IMG/VR virus record: IMGVR_UViG_3300017761_005402
Location: 1-39,498 of that record
DNA: 39,498 nt
DNA from: a virus
Lineage: Duplodnaviria; Caudoviricetes
Reading direction: 5' to 3' (one strand)
The notes below the pieces were generated by a model, which saw only the letters and a list, made by a program, of their open reading frames with translations, made no database searches and was not told the origin of the DNA. Below are positions 16,388 to 26,079 of this stretch, one piece after another. The stretch's first letter is position 1. Each line of letters opens with the position of its first letter. Both the position numbers and the translations under genes were made by a program.

Positions 16388-17893
16388 ATGTCAGCAGGAT
16401 TCTCAAAATTTTTCACAGAAACGGTAAATTATAAGCTTGAAGACTTTCGTTCCAAGTGGGACAAGGCTATAAGCAACTCAGAAGAATTGAGAGTTGCTCT
16501 AGAAATCATGAGCCAAGTAATGGAAAAATTTCCAAACGGAGAAATCTATATTGTTGGTGGTGTTCCTAGAGATTTGCTTATGGGTAATGACATTGATGAT
16601 GTTGATATGGCTACTAATATCCCAATCTCTCAACTAGCTAGACATTTTGAGCTAAGAAATATTAGTAAGAATGATGATCAACCAGTTTATGCACTCATCT
16701 ACAAGGGCTATTCCTTTGACTTGGCAAAATTTAGAGAAGACTCTCAAAAAGAGGCTGGTAGACAAAATAATGTATCAACAGAAGTTGATAGTTTTGAAAC
16801 TGATACTAAAAGAAGAGATATCAGCATCAATTCCTTTGGTATTGACTATAGGGGTAGAATTGTAGACTACCAAAATGGTTTGGAAGATTTGCAAAATAAG
16901 ATTATTCGTGCTGTTGGGAATCCAAAGGAACGTTTCATAGAAGATGCAACCAGAATCTTGAGAGTTTTTCGGTTTGCAGCAAAAATGAATTTTTCTCTTG
17001 ATCCTGAAACTGAAAAGGCAGCAGTAGAATTGAAACACCTCTTGTCGGACCCTAAACTTATTTCTAAAGAGAGTATATCCAAAGAATTTTATAAGATTGC
17101 AAAGTCTGGTCCATCTCTTGCTAACTTCCTAGAGAAATTACAGAATACAAGAATTTTACATGATATTCTTCCAGAATTTACAGACATGGAAGGGTTTACT
17201 CACAATCCTAAGCACCATCCAGAGGGTGGCAGCACAGTTCTAGGACACATTCTTGAATGCTTGAGAGTATCCCCTTACACAGACCCTGTTATCAACCTAG
17301 CAGTCATGTTTCATGACTTTGGCAAGGCTGTTACAAGAGGCTCTAAGAATGGTCATAGCACTTACTATGGTCATGAGGGGGCTGGTGTTGCTATTGTTGG
17401 CAACATATTTGATAGGCTTAAATTCAATGAACTTGATGCACAAGACAAGAAGCACATTTTACAAGCTGTATCAAAGCACATGCTTATTCATAAATTGGAT
17501 GAGCTTAACATCAAAACTTTAACAAGTCTTATTCATGATCCATCTTGGGAAATTCTCAAAGCTGTTGGATTTTGTGATGAGGCATCCAGAGGTAGTGCTC
17601 TTTTTAATCCTGAGAATTTTCAAAGGAAAATTCAAAGTGCAGAGGCTAAAGTTGGAAATCTTGGAAACAATCCAGATGAACTAAAGGCTAGATTGAAAAA
17701 ATATATTGATGGTAACAAGCTTATAAGTCAATTCCCACTGTTTGAAAAACAGAAGAATAAACCATATATAAAAGTTGTTATGGATAAAATTAGAGATTAT
17801 CTCATAGAACTATTCAATCAGAACATAGAGCCAACTGATGGTGATGTTACTAAAGAAATCAAAAAGATTATCAAAGAACTACACTTACTTTAA
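16388..17893 (+). CDS. cca: CCA-adding tRNA nucleotidyltransferase with HD domain
   Basis: YIVGGVPRDLL..DIDDVD, RRDISINS, RFIEDATRILRVFRF, HHPEG, FHDFGK, YYGHE. Confidence 0.9.
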   Translation: MSAGFSKFFTETVNYKLEDFRSKWDKAISNSEELRVALEIMSQVMEKFPNGEIYIVGGVPRDLLMGNDIDDVDMATNIPISQLARHFELRNISKNDDQPVYALIYKGYSFDLAKFREDSQKEAGRQNNVSTEVDSFETDTKRRDISINSFGIDYRGRIVDYQNGLEDLQNKIIRAVGNPKERFIEDATRILRVFRFAAKMNFSLDPETEKAAVELKHLLSDPKLISKESISKEFYKIAKSGPSLANFLEKLQNTRILHDILPEFTDMEGFTHNPKHHPEGGSTVLGHILECLRVSPYTDPVINLAVMFHDFGKAVTRGSKNGHSTYYGHEGAGVAIVGNIFDRLKFNELDAQDKKHILQAVSKHMLIHKLDELNIKTLTSLIHDPSWEILKAVGFCDEASRGSALFNPENFQRKIQSAEAKVGNLGNNPDELKARLKKYIDGNKLISQFPLFEKQKNKPYIKVVMDKIRDYLIELFNQNIEPTDGDVTKEIKKIIKELHLL

Positions 17894-18064
17894 AGGTGGT
17901 GGGCAGTAACATGCCCCAACCTTTGTTTTGGTACACTTGCAAACAAGTGGATAGGCTAAACATGTTTGGCTAACACAAGGAGTGTGTCCATTTATCTTCT
18001 GGTATTGTGTTGTGCACTGATTAAGCAACAACATAGACATGACTACAATTAGAATTTTCAGCAT
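17885..18064 (-). CDS. small Cys-rich secreted protein or lipoprotein (59 aa; below ORF-track cutoff)
   Basis: MLKILIVVMSMLLLNQCTTQYQKINGHTPCVSQTCLAYPLVCKCTKTKVGACYCPPPLK; start overlaps the upstream stop. Confidence 0.6.
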   Translation of the reverse strand: MLKILIVVMSMLLLNQCTTQYQKINGHTPCVSQTCLAYPLVCKCTKTKVGACYCPPPLK

Positions 18065-18339
18065 TAGGATATAAATTTTAATTGTTTTCTACCATCAACA
18101 ACACTGATAGTCTGGTTTTTAGGAATCAAGAATACACAACTTTCTTTAAAACCATGAATATCTCTGGTAATGAAATATATGAATGGATACACAGTTTTAC
18201 CATCCTTTTCAATATTGTTGAATGTATCTTTATGACTATCATCTAAACCTTCTTGATAGCCATCACAGAGACTCAGGATGTTTGCCAAGTGTGACTCTGA
18301 TAATGTTTCTGTATTTTTAGTCTTTCTTTTCCTTTTCAT
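18064..18339 (-). CDS. hypothetical protein
   Basis: 91 aa in operon. Confidence 0.65.
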   Translation of the reverse strand: MKRKRKTKNTETLSESHLANILSLCDGYQEGLDDSHKDTFNNIEKDGKTVYPFIYFITRDIHGFKESCVFLIPKNQTISVVDGRKQLKFIS

Positions 18340-18631
18340 ATTTTATAATTTTTTCATCCATTAATATGGTTAATCTCTCAAATAAGAAACTTGCTGCTGA
18401 TGCAGCACCCACTGTTAATATATAAGTTTTGGAAATTTCTAATGGAATTGGTGACAGTGCAACACCAACCCATGCTCCTGTACATAGGGAACAACTTGTA
18501 AGCTTTTTGAAAAAGAGAGACTTATGTAATAGTTGTCTTATTCCTAACATGCTCATTATCTCAGAATGAACAATTATAAATGTTATTCCACAGCAACCAG
18601 TTAAATATGTTAAAAATTCTGTTATATTCAT
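18317..18631 (-). CDS. DUF1360-like membrane protein
   Basis: Hydrophobic helices with LTSCSLCTGAWVG (CxxCxxxW). Confidence 0.6.
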   Translation of the reverse strand: MNITEFLTYLTGCCGITFIIVHSEIMSMLGIRQLLHKSLFFKKLTSCSLCTGAWVGVALSPIPLEISKTYILTVGAASAASFLFERLTILMDEKIIKYEKEKKD

Positions 18632-19611
18632 CTAAAGAAATTGGCAAGTCTTGAGAAAAATTTTGCTATTGGATTCTGCTTTTTAACAACATGAACTGAA
18701 TTTGTTACAAAAATAGGATTTGGGTTTATTATTCCCCAACCATAGTGAACATCTTTCCCAGGAGACTTTACATCAATAGCAGTACTATACAGCAGATTTT
18801 TTATTTGGTCAACTGTTAAGTTTCTTTCTTGCTTTCTGTTATAAGAAATTATTAATGCAATAACTGCTGCTACTGCTGGTGCTGCCATGGAAGTTCCACT
18901 CATAACAGCATATGAACCATTTAAGAATGTGCTTAATATTTGTTCACCAGGAGCCATTATGTCCAAACTCTCTCCCCATGATGAGAATAAACTTCTATCC
19001 TTTATGAGACTGTTTGAATAAGAACCAACAGCTATACACTCCTCATATCTTGCAGGATATAATACATTCTCTGTTCCATTGTTTCCTGCACTGCAAACAA
19101 CTGGTATGTTAGCAGCAACAAGTCTTTTTATTAGGGAATGGGTTGTGCTCATTGGATTTGGACCACCCAAACTCAAATTCACAACATCTGGCTTTATCTT
19201 TAAACAATATTCAAGTCCTCTTTCCACACTATCACCTCTATTAGAACCATTTTTATCTAAAACTTTAACTGTTATTATGGTTACTTCTGGGGCAATTCCA
19301 ACAATACCTTCTGTGTTATCAACAGCACCTATGGTTCCACTACAGTGTGTAGAGTGCCCCACATGAGTATCAAAAATATCCTCACCATCTACGAAACTTC
19401 TACACTTGGAAAGGTCTATGTTTGGTATAAGGTCTGGATGATTAACAGGACATCCAGTATCCAAGACTGCTACTACAACTCCTCTTCCTTTGGTTTTCGC
19501 CCAAACTTTGGGAATTTCTAAATCTCTCACATTTTGAGGGTATATCTGAGATAGGGTTTTGATATCCCCAACATCATCTAGTTTATATTCAGGTAGAAGG
19601 CGGCAGTCCAT
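18628..19611 (-). CDS. subtilisin-like S8 serine peptidase
   Basis: VAVLDTG (Asp), GHSTHCSGTI (His), SAGN, SGTSMAAP (Ser); ATAAATA-N5-ATG. Confidence 0.93.
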   Translation of the reverse strand: MDCRLLPEYKLDDVGDIKTLSQIYPQNVRDLEIPKVWAKTKGRGVVVAVLDTGCPVNHPDLIPNIDLSKCRSFVDGEDIFDTHVGHSTHCSGTIGAVDNTEGIVGIAPEVTIITVKVLDKNGSNRGDSVERGLEYCLKIKPDVVNLSLGGPNPMSTTHSLIKRLVAANIPVVCSAGNNGTENVLYPARYEECIAVGSYSNSLIKDRSLFSSWGESLDIMAPGEQILSTFLNGSYAVMSGTSMAAPAVAAVIALIISYNRKQERNLTVDQIKNLLYSTAIDVKSPGKDVHYGWGIINPNPIFVTNSVHVVKKQNPIAKFFSRLANFFR

Positions 19612-19654
19612 CAAAGTATTTATTTTTGATGCTGTGTTTTTATTTCTTTTAAGC

Positions 19655-20119
19655 TTAAATTATTTCGTCACTACTACCAAATCCCCTCTCCCCTCTCTCA
19701 GAGGATTCTAAATCAGAAACTTCCACAATTAGGAAGTTTGTTACTGGAATAGGCACAAGTTGTGCAATTTTATCCCCCTTTTTTATAGTAATTTTATTAT
19801 ATTTACTATTTTCACCATCTTTAATTGTAGGATTAGCATCTGTATAAGTCATGATGATACTCAATTCTCCTATATAAGACTGATCTATCACACCGCCAGA
19901 AACAACGAGACGTTTGCTTGCCATGCTGCTTCTGTCCATTATAAAACCACCCCACCCTTCTGGAAATCCAACAGCAATTCCTGTTTTAATTTTAACAGTA
20001 TCCATATACCATATCTCAACAGTTTCATCTGCATACAAGTCATAACCCAAATCTGTTGGGTATGCCTTTGTTGGAATTTTGGCTGTTTCTGTTAACTTTT
20101 TAATGTTTAAAGTGCTCAT
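19655..20119 (-). CDS. dut: dUTPase (trimeric)
   Basis: GYDLYA, DRSSMA, GVIDQSYIGE, KIAQLV, RGERGFGSS. Confidence 0.95.
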   Translation of the reverse strand: MSTLNIKKLTETAKIPTKAYPTDLGYDLYADETVEIWYMDTVKIKTGIAVGFPEGWGGFIMDRSSMASKRLVVSGGVIDQSYIGELSIIMTYTDANPTIKDGENSKYNKITIKKGDKIAQLVPIPVTNFLIVEVSDLESSERGERGFGSSDEII

Positions 20120-20165
20120 ACTAATATATTTTCTTATCTCTGTCCGATCTTATCTGAATTTCCCA

Positions 20166-20801
20166 TTAACAGTTACCGAATTTTTTCATTGCTGAAAGAA
20201 CAATCTCTTCCTTATGTTTTCTAATAGTATTGATTGTTCTAAAATAACCTGCACCATCCTTGATATTATCATCAAGATGCTGAAAATTCTCTCTACTGAT
20301 TTTTAATCCAACCATCATAAGAGCCACTTTTTCAGGATCAATATCTTTGATTCCTAATATAGCACCCCAGATTCTTCCAACCTCTGTAAAGTTAGCAAAT
20401 GGATGTCCATATTGGCTCTGTCTTTTCTCAACCAGTGATTCAATTTGCTCATCTGCAAATTGATCAATTCCCATTTCTATAGGGTTCAACTCATGATCAT
20501 ACGTATCCAAATCTAGTGCTATTGCATATGCTGCTTCTAATCTTGCTCCCTTACTAGCTTTCCAACCTTCTAAGAAAACCACAGCACTAGCCTTTTCTAA
20601 AAGAGCTAAACTTTCTTTGATATAGAAGGCATATTCTTTAGTAGTGTCCCCACTTGCTATTTTAGCAGGATTCAATACAATGGTTGGTGGTGGTGCATTA
20701 GCAAGAATTTCTTTTTCTTTTGCAAAGAATGCAGGGTAGTTAAAATCTGGGTGTCCTGTCATGGGTCCAGCTATATAGTATGTTCCTGATGTTAGTTTCA
20801 T
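20166..20801 (-). CDS. DUF4406 + DUF6378-like fusion (nucleotide metabolism)
   Basis: YIAGPMTG..FNYPAF, LEGWKASKGARLE; C-term RQSQYGHP..NF..., MVGLKISRE, DNIKDGAGY. Confidence 0.75.
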   Translation of the reverse strand: MKLTSGTYYIAGPMTGHPDFNYPAFFAKEKEILANAPPPTIVLNPAKIASGDTTKEYAFYIKESLALLEKASAVVFLEGWKASKGARLEAAYAIALDLDTYDHELNPIEMGIDQFADEQIESLVEKRQSQYGHPFANFTEVGRIWGAILGIKDIDPEKVALMMVGLKISRENFQHLDDNIKDGAGYFRTINTIRKHKEEIVLSAMKKFGNC

Positions 20802-21226
20802 TTGAAATGTCTTGAAATGTTTCTATCTTTTGACAAGTTTATAGTTTCACGAATACGTTTCCCATCAGAATCTTGATCCAAGCATGTTGGACTTGAATTG
20901 AATTTGTGAAATGCAGGAGCATATGACTTTACAGCCTTTTCTGCATTGTCTGATCTTTTCTTCTCATTCTTTTTTTGAATAGATTTTAGTGCAGCATTTT
21001 CTCTCATTTCTACGAAAAAATAGTCTGATGTTTGAAACCTGATAGTCATCTTGTACAGTTTATTAATCAAATAGTCTGTTTTGAACAGGGGAAATACGGA
21101 GGCATATCCCAGCAAAATATCATCTAGAGATGGTTCTAGACTATTGGCCAATAGTGGATTCATTTCAACTAGAATTTCGTTCATAGGTTTAAATATTTGA
21201 CTGGTTATATCTTTTGTTACTCTCAC
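20798..21226 (-). CDS. hypothetical protein
   Basis: 142-aa GTG ORF. Confidence 0.65.
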   Translation of the reverse strand: MRVTKDITSQIFKPMNEILVEMNPLLANSLEPSLDDILLGYASVFPLFKTDYLINKLYKMTIRFQTSDYFFVEMRENAALKSIQKKNEKKRSDNAEKAVKSYAPAFHKFNSSPTCLDQDSDGKRIRETINLSKDRNISRHFK

Positions 21227-21237
21227 ATCTCTACCTA

Positions 21238-22059
21238 TTATGAGTAGAGACTCTGGTCAAGTTCTCCTTGCAACATTGACCAACTTAACATAACAGCAGC
21301 AACAGCATCAGTCAACTCCAAGTATTGCTGAATTTGGGTATTGTTCACATCTGCATGAATGTATAATAGATCATCATTAGAATCCAACTTCTTGTTCTTT
21401 TTCCAAGAAACATTATATTTCTTATACTTTGGTAATTTTAAAACTGTGTTGAAATAAAACAAGTCAGAACCACTCTTTGTTTGTACAAAATTATACAAAC
21501 CCGATCCTACTTTACTAGGCAGTTCAATACAAGCTTTTTTAAGGTCTGGTAGATAGGTATGAGTGTCTATCCAATTTGATACTTTTTTTCTGTTCAATGC
21601 TTTAACCAACCAGTTGTCACAGTGATTAGTTCCATCAAAAGGGTTTTTAATTCTCAATATAATAGAATCTGTGGATTCTAAAACTCTCTCTGCTATTCTT
21701 TTTGAAATCAAATAATCTGAACTTAGATTTAAGTTTTTATTAGTTTCAACATTCTTATCCCAATCAAAATCATTGTATAAATTTGCTGTTGAAAGGTGAA
21801 TTAGTTTTTTACCACTTTCAAAGCAAGCAATATACAACTCTTGAACAAATAGATAGTTTTCCTTTAGTAAATCTTGGGTGCTGCCCTCTATAATCTCATA
21901 GGCATTAACAACTGTTTTACACTGTTTTATAAGTGGAATCAGTTCTTGAATTGGTTGCTTAGGAACAACCAAAAATTCATTTGGTATTTTTTTAAAATAG
22001 TCTGGAACATATCCACTTCCTATCACTAAAAAATTCGGTGTTACGTGTTGGTCACTCAT
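21238..22059 (-). CDS. RmlD-like / NAD-dependent epimerase-type SDR protein
   Basis: VIGSGYV, LIHLSTANLY, YLISKRIAE (YxxxK), ILRI, GLYNFV. Confidence 0.7.
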   Translation of the reverse strand: MSDQHVTPNFLVIGSGYVPDYFKKIPNEFLVVPKQPIQELIPLIKQCKTVVNAYEIIEGSTQDLLKENYLFVQELYIACFESGKKLIHLSTANLYNDFDWDKNVETNKNLNLSSDYLISKRIAERVLESTDSIILRIKNPFDGTNHCDNWLVKALNRKKVSNWIDTHTYLPDLKKACIELPSKVGSGLYNFVQTKSGSDLFYFNTVLKLPKYKKYNVSWKKNKKLDSNDDLLYIHADVNNTQIQQYLELTDAVAAVMLSWSMLQGELDQSLYS

Positions 22060-22063
22060 AATG

Positions 22064-22168
22064 TCATTCTTCCAATGTGGCGAGAACTTTCAAACCACTT
22101 TCCTTTGGGTTTTTAATAAACTCAAAGGCTTGGCCATAGGCATCTGCTATTGCAATTTCATAGAACAT
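22064..22168 (-). pseudogene. truncated ADP-ribosylglycohydrolase-like N-terminus (34 aa)
   Basis: MFYEIAIADAYGQAFEF resembles the AIGDAxGxxxEF motif of DraG/ARH; has its own promoter. Confidence 0.5.
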
Positions 22169-22173
22169 AACAC

Positions 22174-22201
22174 ACTATACAACTGATTATAGAAGTGTCA
22201 A
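22174..22201 (-). promoter_or_regulatory. sigma70-like promoter
   Basis: TTGACA-16 bp-TATAGT, 5 nt before ATG 22168. Confidence 0.65.
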
Positions 22202-22204
22202 TGT

Positions 22205-23899
22205 TTATCCTTCACATGTTGTACAAGTCATTATATTTCTTGCTAGTGCTTGTGAGGGATTTGAACCCCTCTGGTAGTATAAGGCTTTCACTTTATTCTT
22301 CCATGCAAAGATTATTAAAGCATTAACCTCTTTGAGTTTTGTTCCTATAGGCACCATTATATTCAAACTTTGTCCCTGATCAATTCTCTTTTGTCTTGTT
22401 GCTGCTTGAATCACTATTTCCATTTGAGAAATTTCTCCAAATGTCTTGAATACATTCTTCTCATGATCACTGAGAAAACTTAAGGACTGAACACTGCCAC
22501 CATCAACCAATATCTTTCTCCAAGTTTCCTCATCATTCTTTTCTTTAGATTCTAAAAGAACCTGTAAGTGAGGATTTCTATATGTAAACTTACCCTTTGC
22601 CAAATCTTTAACAAAGTAGTTGCTGTTAAGAGGCTCTATAGAGGGTGATACTTGCCCTAGGATGAACGAACTTGATGTTGTTGGTGCAACAGCTAGTGTG
22701 GTTGTGTTGCGTCTGCCATAGCCCTTTAAAAGAGGAGGCTCTCCAAGAAGAGTTGCCAACTCACATGTTGCAAGGTCAGCACTCTCTCTGATAGTTTTCC
22801 ACATATTATCATTTATAATATTAGACTCAAATCCCTCAAATGGAATCATTTTGCTTTGAAGATAGCTGTGCCAGCCTAAAATACCAACTCCTAGTGCTCT
22901 GTGGTTAACTGCAAACTTTCTTGATGCCTCCATGAATTTGGTATGTTCTGTCTTTTCAATAAATTCTGACATAACAGCATCCAAAAAGAATACTAGAATT
23001 TTTACAGCATCAGTATCTTTCCACTCATCATACAATTCAGCATTCAGTGATGAGAGGTCACATACAAAACTTTCATCAACACTATTAGGAAGCATTATTT
23101 CTGAACAAAGATTAGAATGATGTATTTTCATTCCCTTATCTTTATAAACTTGTGGTGCTCCCTCATTAGCATTGTCAGTAAAGAAAATATATGGATATCC
23201 CGTTTCAAATCTTTTCTTGATAACCTTACCCCATATTCTTCTAGCCTCTTTGTCACCATCAACAACTTTGTTCATGAATTCATCACTAACACATACCCCT
23301 ATACTCATTTCTTGTATAGTGTGTCCAGCATCCCTGATGGTTAGGAATTCTTCTATATCTGGATGTTCTATAGGTAGATATGCTGCAAAGCTTCCTCTGC
23401 GAACATTGCCTTGGGATATAACTCCCATAATTCTGTCATACTCTTCCATTTCATGAACTGCTGATTTTGTAGAACCATTCATAAGTTCCATAAAATGACA
23501 GGTTCCTGTTGACTCTCCACCATCACTTATTTTTGCACCCCTAGGTCTTATATTTCCAAAATATCCACTGGTTCCTCCTCCCATTTTGGTCATGGTTGTA
23601 ACCTCACTATGTTTGGTGCTTATATCCTCTATAGAATCATCTAGAAAACTACCAAAACATGAGATTGGAAGTCCCCTCTTTCTACCAAAATTACTCCAAA
23701 CTGGAGAACTTAGAGAATACCATCCTCTAGACATATAATCCACAAACTTTTCAGAAAACCCTTGTATACCTAAAATTGTTTCTGCTGTATCAGCAATCTC
23801 TTTTATTCTACCCTCTGGTGTTTCTCCAGATAGTAGATATCCACGACTTAGAAACTTTCTAGAGTCATCATTCAACCAATAATATTTTTTTCTATTCAT
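22205..23899 (-). CDS. nrdA: ribonucleotide reductase class I alpha subunit (short form)
   Basis: LPISCF, GGGTS, SQGNVRRG, SNLCSEI, VCDLSS, APTTSSS, DQGQSLN, LYYQR, C-term CTTCEG. Confidence 0.95.
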   Translation of the reverse strand: MNRKKYYWLNDDSRKFLSRGYLLSGETPEGRIKEIADTAETILGIQGFSEKFVDYMSRGWYSLSSPVWSNFGRKRGLPISCFGSFLDDSIEDISTKHSEVTTMTKMGGGTSGYFGNIRPRGAKISDGGESTGTCHFMELMNGSTKSAVHEMEEYDRIMGVISQGNVRRGSFAAYLPIEHPDIEEFLTIRDAGHTIQEMSIGVCVSDEFMNKVVDGDKEARRIWGKVIKKRFETGYPYIFFTDNANEGAPQVYKDKGMKIHHSNLCSEIMLPNSVDESFVCDLSSLNAELYDEWKDTDAVKILVFFLDAVMSEFIEKTEHTKFMEASRKFAVNHRALGVGILGWHSYLQSKMIPFEGFESNIINDNMWKTIRESADLATCELATLLGEPPLLKGYGRRNTTTLAVAPTTSSSFILGQVSPSIEPLNSNYFVKDLAKGKFTYRNPHLQVLLESKEKNDEETWRKILVDGGSVQSLSFLSDHEKNVFKTFGEISQMEIVIQAATRQKRIDQGQSLNIMVPIGTKLKEVNALIIFAWKNKVKALYYQRGSNPSQALARNIMTCTTCEG

Positions 23900-23910
23900 A
23901 AATTTAATTT

Positions 23911-24918
23911 TTAAAACAAGTCATCTTCATCAAAGCTTTGATCTTTTTTAGAGTATTCTGTTGGTCTGCTGTGGAAAAAGTCTGCCATATTATTGCCAAG
24001 CAATTCTTCTTCAAACCATAAGAGTTTTTGAGTAAGAGAGGAATCTAACACAAAAACTTGTTTAAATCCAATCTCTTTTAAAGAATCGTTAATTCTTTTT
24101 TTAATAAGTTCTACTAGAATAGGTTCAGATAGTTCATTCTCATCCAGTCCATTAACCATCCAATGAACAATCTTGCTCTCTGCCTTGAGTGCTTCTTGTG
24201 CCTCTTGTGCTATTCTATCTTCCAATTCATCATCAAAGAGTTCAGGATGTTCTTCTCTAATAGTATTAATTATTTTTATGCCTACCAGTGCATGAATATT
24301 TTCTTCGTTTCTAGTATATTTTACCTGTTGATCAGTATCCTTCATGCCGTTTTTAAAACGACCAAACCAATTAATAATATAGAACTGACTAAACAAGCTT
24401 ACATTTTCCACAAACAGTGTGAATAGTATCAATGCATACAAGTACTGTTTTTTAGAGTCCTTATAGAAACGGTGAGTGTATTTTCGGAGATATTTAACTC
24501 TTCCTTGAATAAAATCCAATTTGAGATTTTCCTCAAATACATGCTCCAATTCAAGCACACTTATTAGTCTTTCATATGCACTGTTATGAATCACTTCCAC
24601 ATTAGCCATAACATAACCTAAATCTTGCAAACTTGGATGTGGTAAGTTGTCTCCTAGCTTTGCCCAGAAAGTCTTTACAGCAACCTCTATCTGTCCAATA
24701 GCACTTAATGTTCTAACTATACATTCTCTCTCTTGTTCTGTTAGGGATACTTTGAAAAATTGTAAGTCTGATTTAAAACTAAATTCCTTATCTGTCCAAA
24801 AGCCATTGTGCATAGCTTCTATAAATTGTTCTGTCCAAGGATATCTGTTTGGTTTTCTGCTTATCTGTTCTTTAAATATTGAGTGTTGTTCTTCCTGTTG
24901 TGATTTTAAATTTTCCAT
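23911..24918 (-). CDS. nrdB: ribonucleotide reductase class I beta subunit
   Basis: FWTDKEF, EVIHNSAY, ENVSLFSQF, EENIH, DFFHSRPTEYSK. Confidence 0.95.
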   Translation of the reverse strand: MENLKSQQEEQHSIFKEQISRKPNRYPWTEQFIEAMHNGFWTDKEFSFKSDLQFFKVSLTEQERECIVRTLSAIGQIEVAVKTFWAKLGDNLPHPSLQDLGYVMANVEVIHNSAYERLISVLELEHVFEENLKLDFIQGRVKYLRKYTHRFYKDSKKQYLYALILFTLFVENVSLFSQFYIINWFGRFKNGMKDTDQQVKYTRNEENIHALVGIKIINTIREEHPELFDDELEDRIAQEAQEALKAESKIVHWMVNGLDENELSEPILVELIKKRINDSLKEIGFKQVFVLDSSLTQKLLWFEEELLGNNMADFFHSRPTEYSKKDQSFDEDDLF

Positions 24919-24986
24919 GTGCGTCTAGTATTTACCCTCCTCTGGCACATTTAACATAACACAGAAAAACCTAAAATCTACTATTA

Positions 24987-25018
24987 AAAAAGGGAAATCT
25001 TGGTAGATTTCCCTTTTT
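24987..25018. terminator. intrinsic terminator
   Basis: AAAAAGGGAAATCT-TGGT-AGATTTCCCTTTTT. Confidence 0.85.
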
Positions 25019-25048
25019 CAGTGAAAATATTTTTTCCGATATTTCTTG

Positions 25049-26044
25049 TTAAAGAATCACATGGAAACCAGATTCATCTTCCATCAATTTGTAGTTTAAT
25101 TTGGAAAGCACAGCAAAAACCACATTAGTACTTGGAGATTTTCTGAAAATATTTTGGATTTGTCTGATCTTTACTGATTCAACACCTTGACCCTTTTTCT
25201 TATCAAGATATTTTGAAATTCTTTCAAAGGTTTGGTCCAATTCAGTTAGTTTTTCATTTTGAATAGGCTTACTATTCTTATCAACAACTGGTGCAACAAT
25301 TTCCTCTTTGAAAAGACCAACAACCTCGTATTCACAAACTCTGCATTTCTGACAGTTGGCATCCTTTGGAACACTAACAACATTTTTTGGATTCACTTTT
25401 ACCACAACCACATTAGATGCAAATCTTTTTGCATAGCTCAAACTGCCAATATGTAATCCATAGGAACATTCATTAGCTCTATCATCATCAACGTCCCTTC
25501 TAAGAACTTCGATAATTTCACCCACACCATTGTAAATCCTACCATCCTTTACCTTTCCTCTGATTACTTTGGTTTTCTCATTAGCAGTTACACTGTAGAA
25601 ATCAGAGCCAACACCCTTGTATGCTAGGAAACACCCATCCTCTGTGGTTGGTAATTCTCTAACATTTAAAAAGTCAAAGAGTTGTTCAACTGATGAACGT
25701 GATGGATTGAGAGACAAGTTTTCCCAGAAAGGAATGAAAAGATTCACACTAACATCATCATTTCTAATGCTGTGCAATTTCCTTGCAAGAACATCTGGCA
25801 AATCTTCACCCTTGTAAGAGACTGAACCATCTGTTGAAAATAAGAATTCTTCAATTTGAAGAGGCTCCTCTATCTTTTCAACATTTCTTGCTAAGATAGC
25901 TCTAACCAAAGCCTCTTGCTTATCCAACGGATTTTCAAAAGTTGTTAGAATTTTGTTGTATCTAGCATCATCACTTTGAATAGTAAGGGGATTTTCTCCT
26001 TTGAAAAAGAGAGTGATTGCGTTTTTGTTAATAAAGTATTTCAT
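25049..26044 (-). CDS. rIIB: rIIB-like protein
   Basis: NLSLNPS, DGCFLAYKGV, VDDDRANECSYGLH, VKVNPKNVVSVPKD, KCRVCEYEVV. Confidence 0.88.
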   Translation of the reverse strand: MKYFINKNAITLFFKGENPLTIQSDDARYNKILTTFENPLDKQEALVRAILARNVEKIEEPLQIEEFLFSTDGSVSYKGEDLPDVLARKLHSIRNDDVSVNLFIPFWENLSLNPSRSSVEQLFDFLNVRELPTTEDGCFLAYKGVGSDFYSVTANEKTKVIRGKVKDGRIYNGVGEIIEVLRRDVDDDRANECSYGLHIGSLSYAKRFASNVVVVKVNPKNVVSVPKDANCQKCRVCEYEVVGLFKEEIVAPVVDKNSKPIQNEKLTELDQTFERISKYLDKKKGQGVESVKIRQIQNIFRKSPSTNVVFAVLSKLNYKLMEDESGFHVIL

Positions 26045-26079
26045 GTTTTTGTATATTGTGAGTTTAAGTTACTCTATGT

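Noticed and set aside
22205-24918. Introns or inteins in nrdA/nrdB
   Set aside because: Both ORFs are continuous and compact, with no splice motifs or homing endonuclease seen
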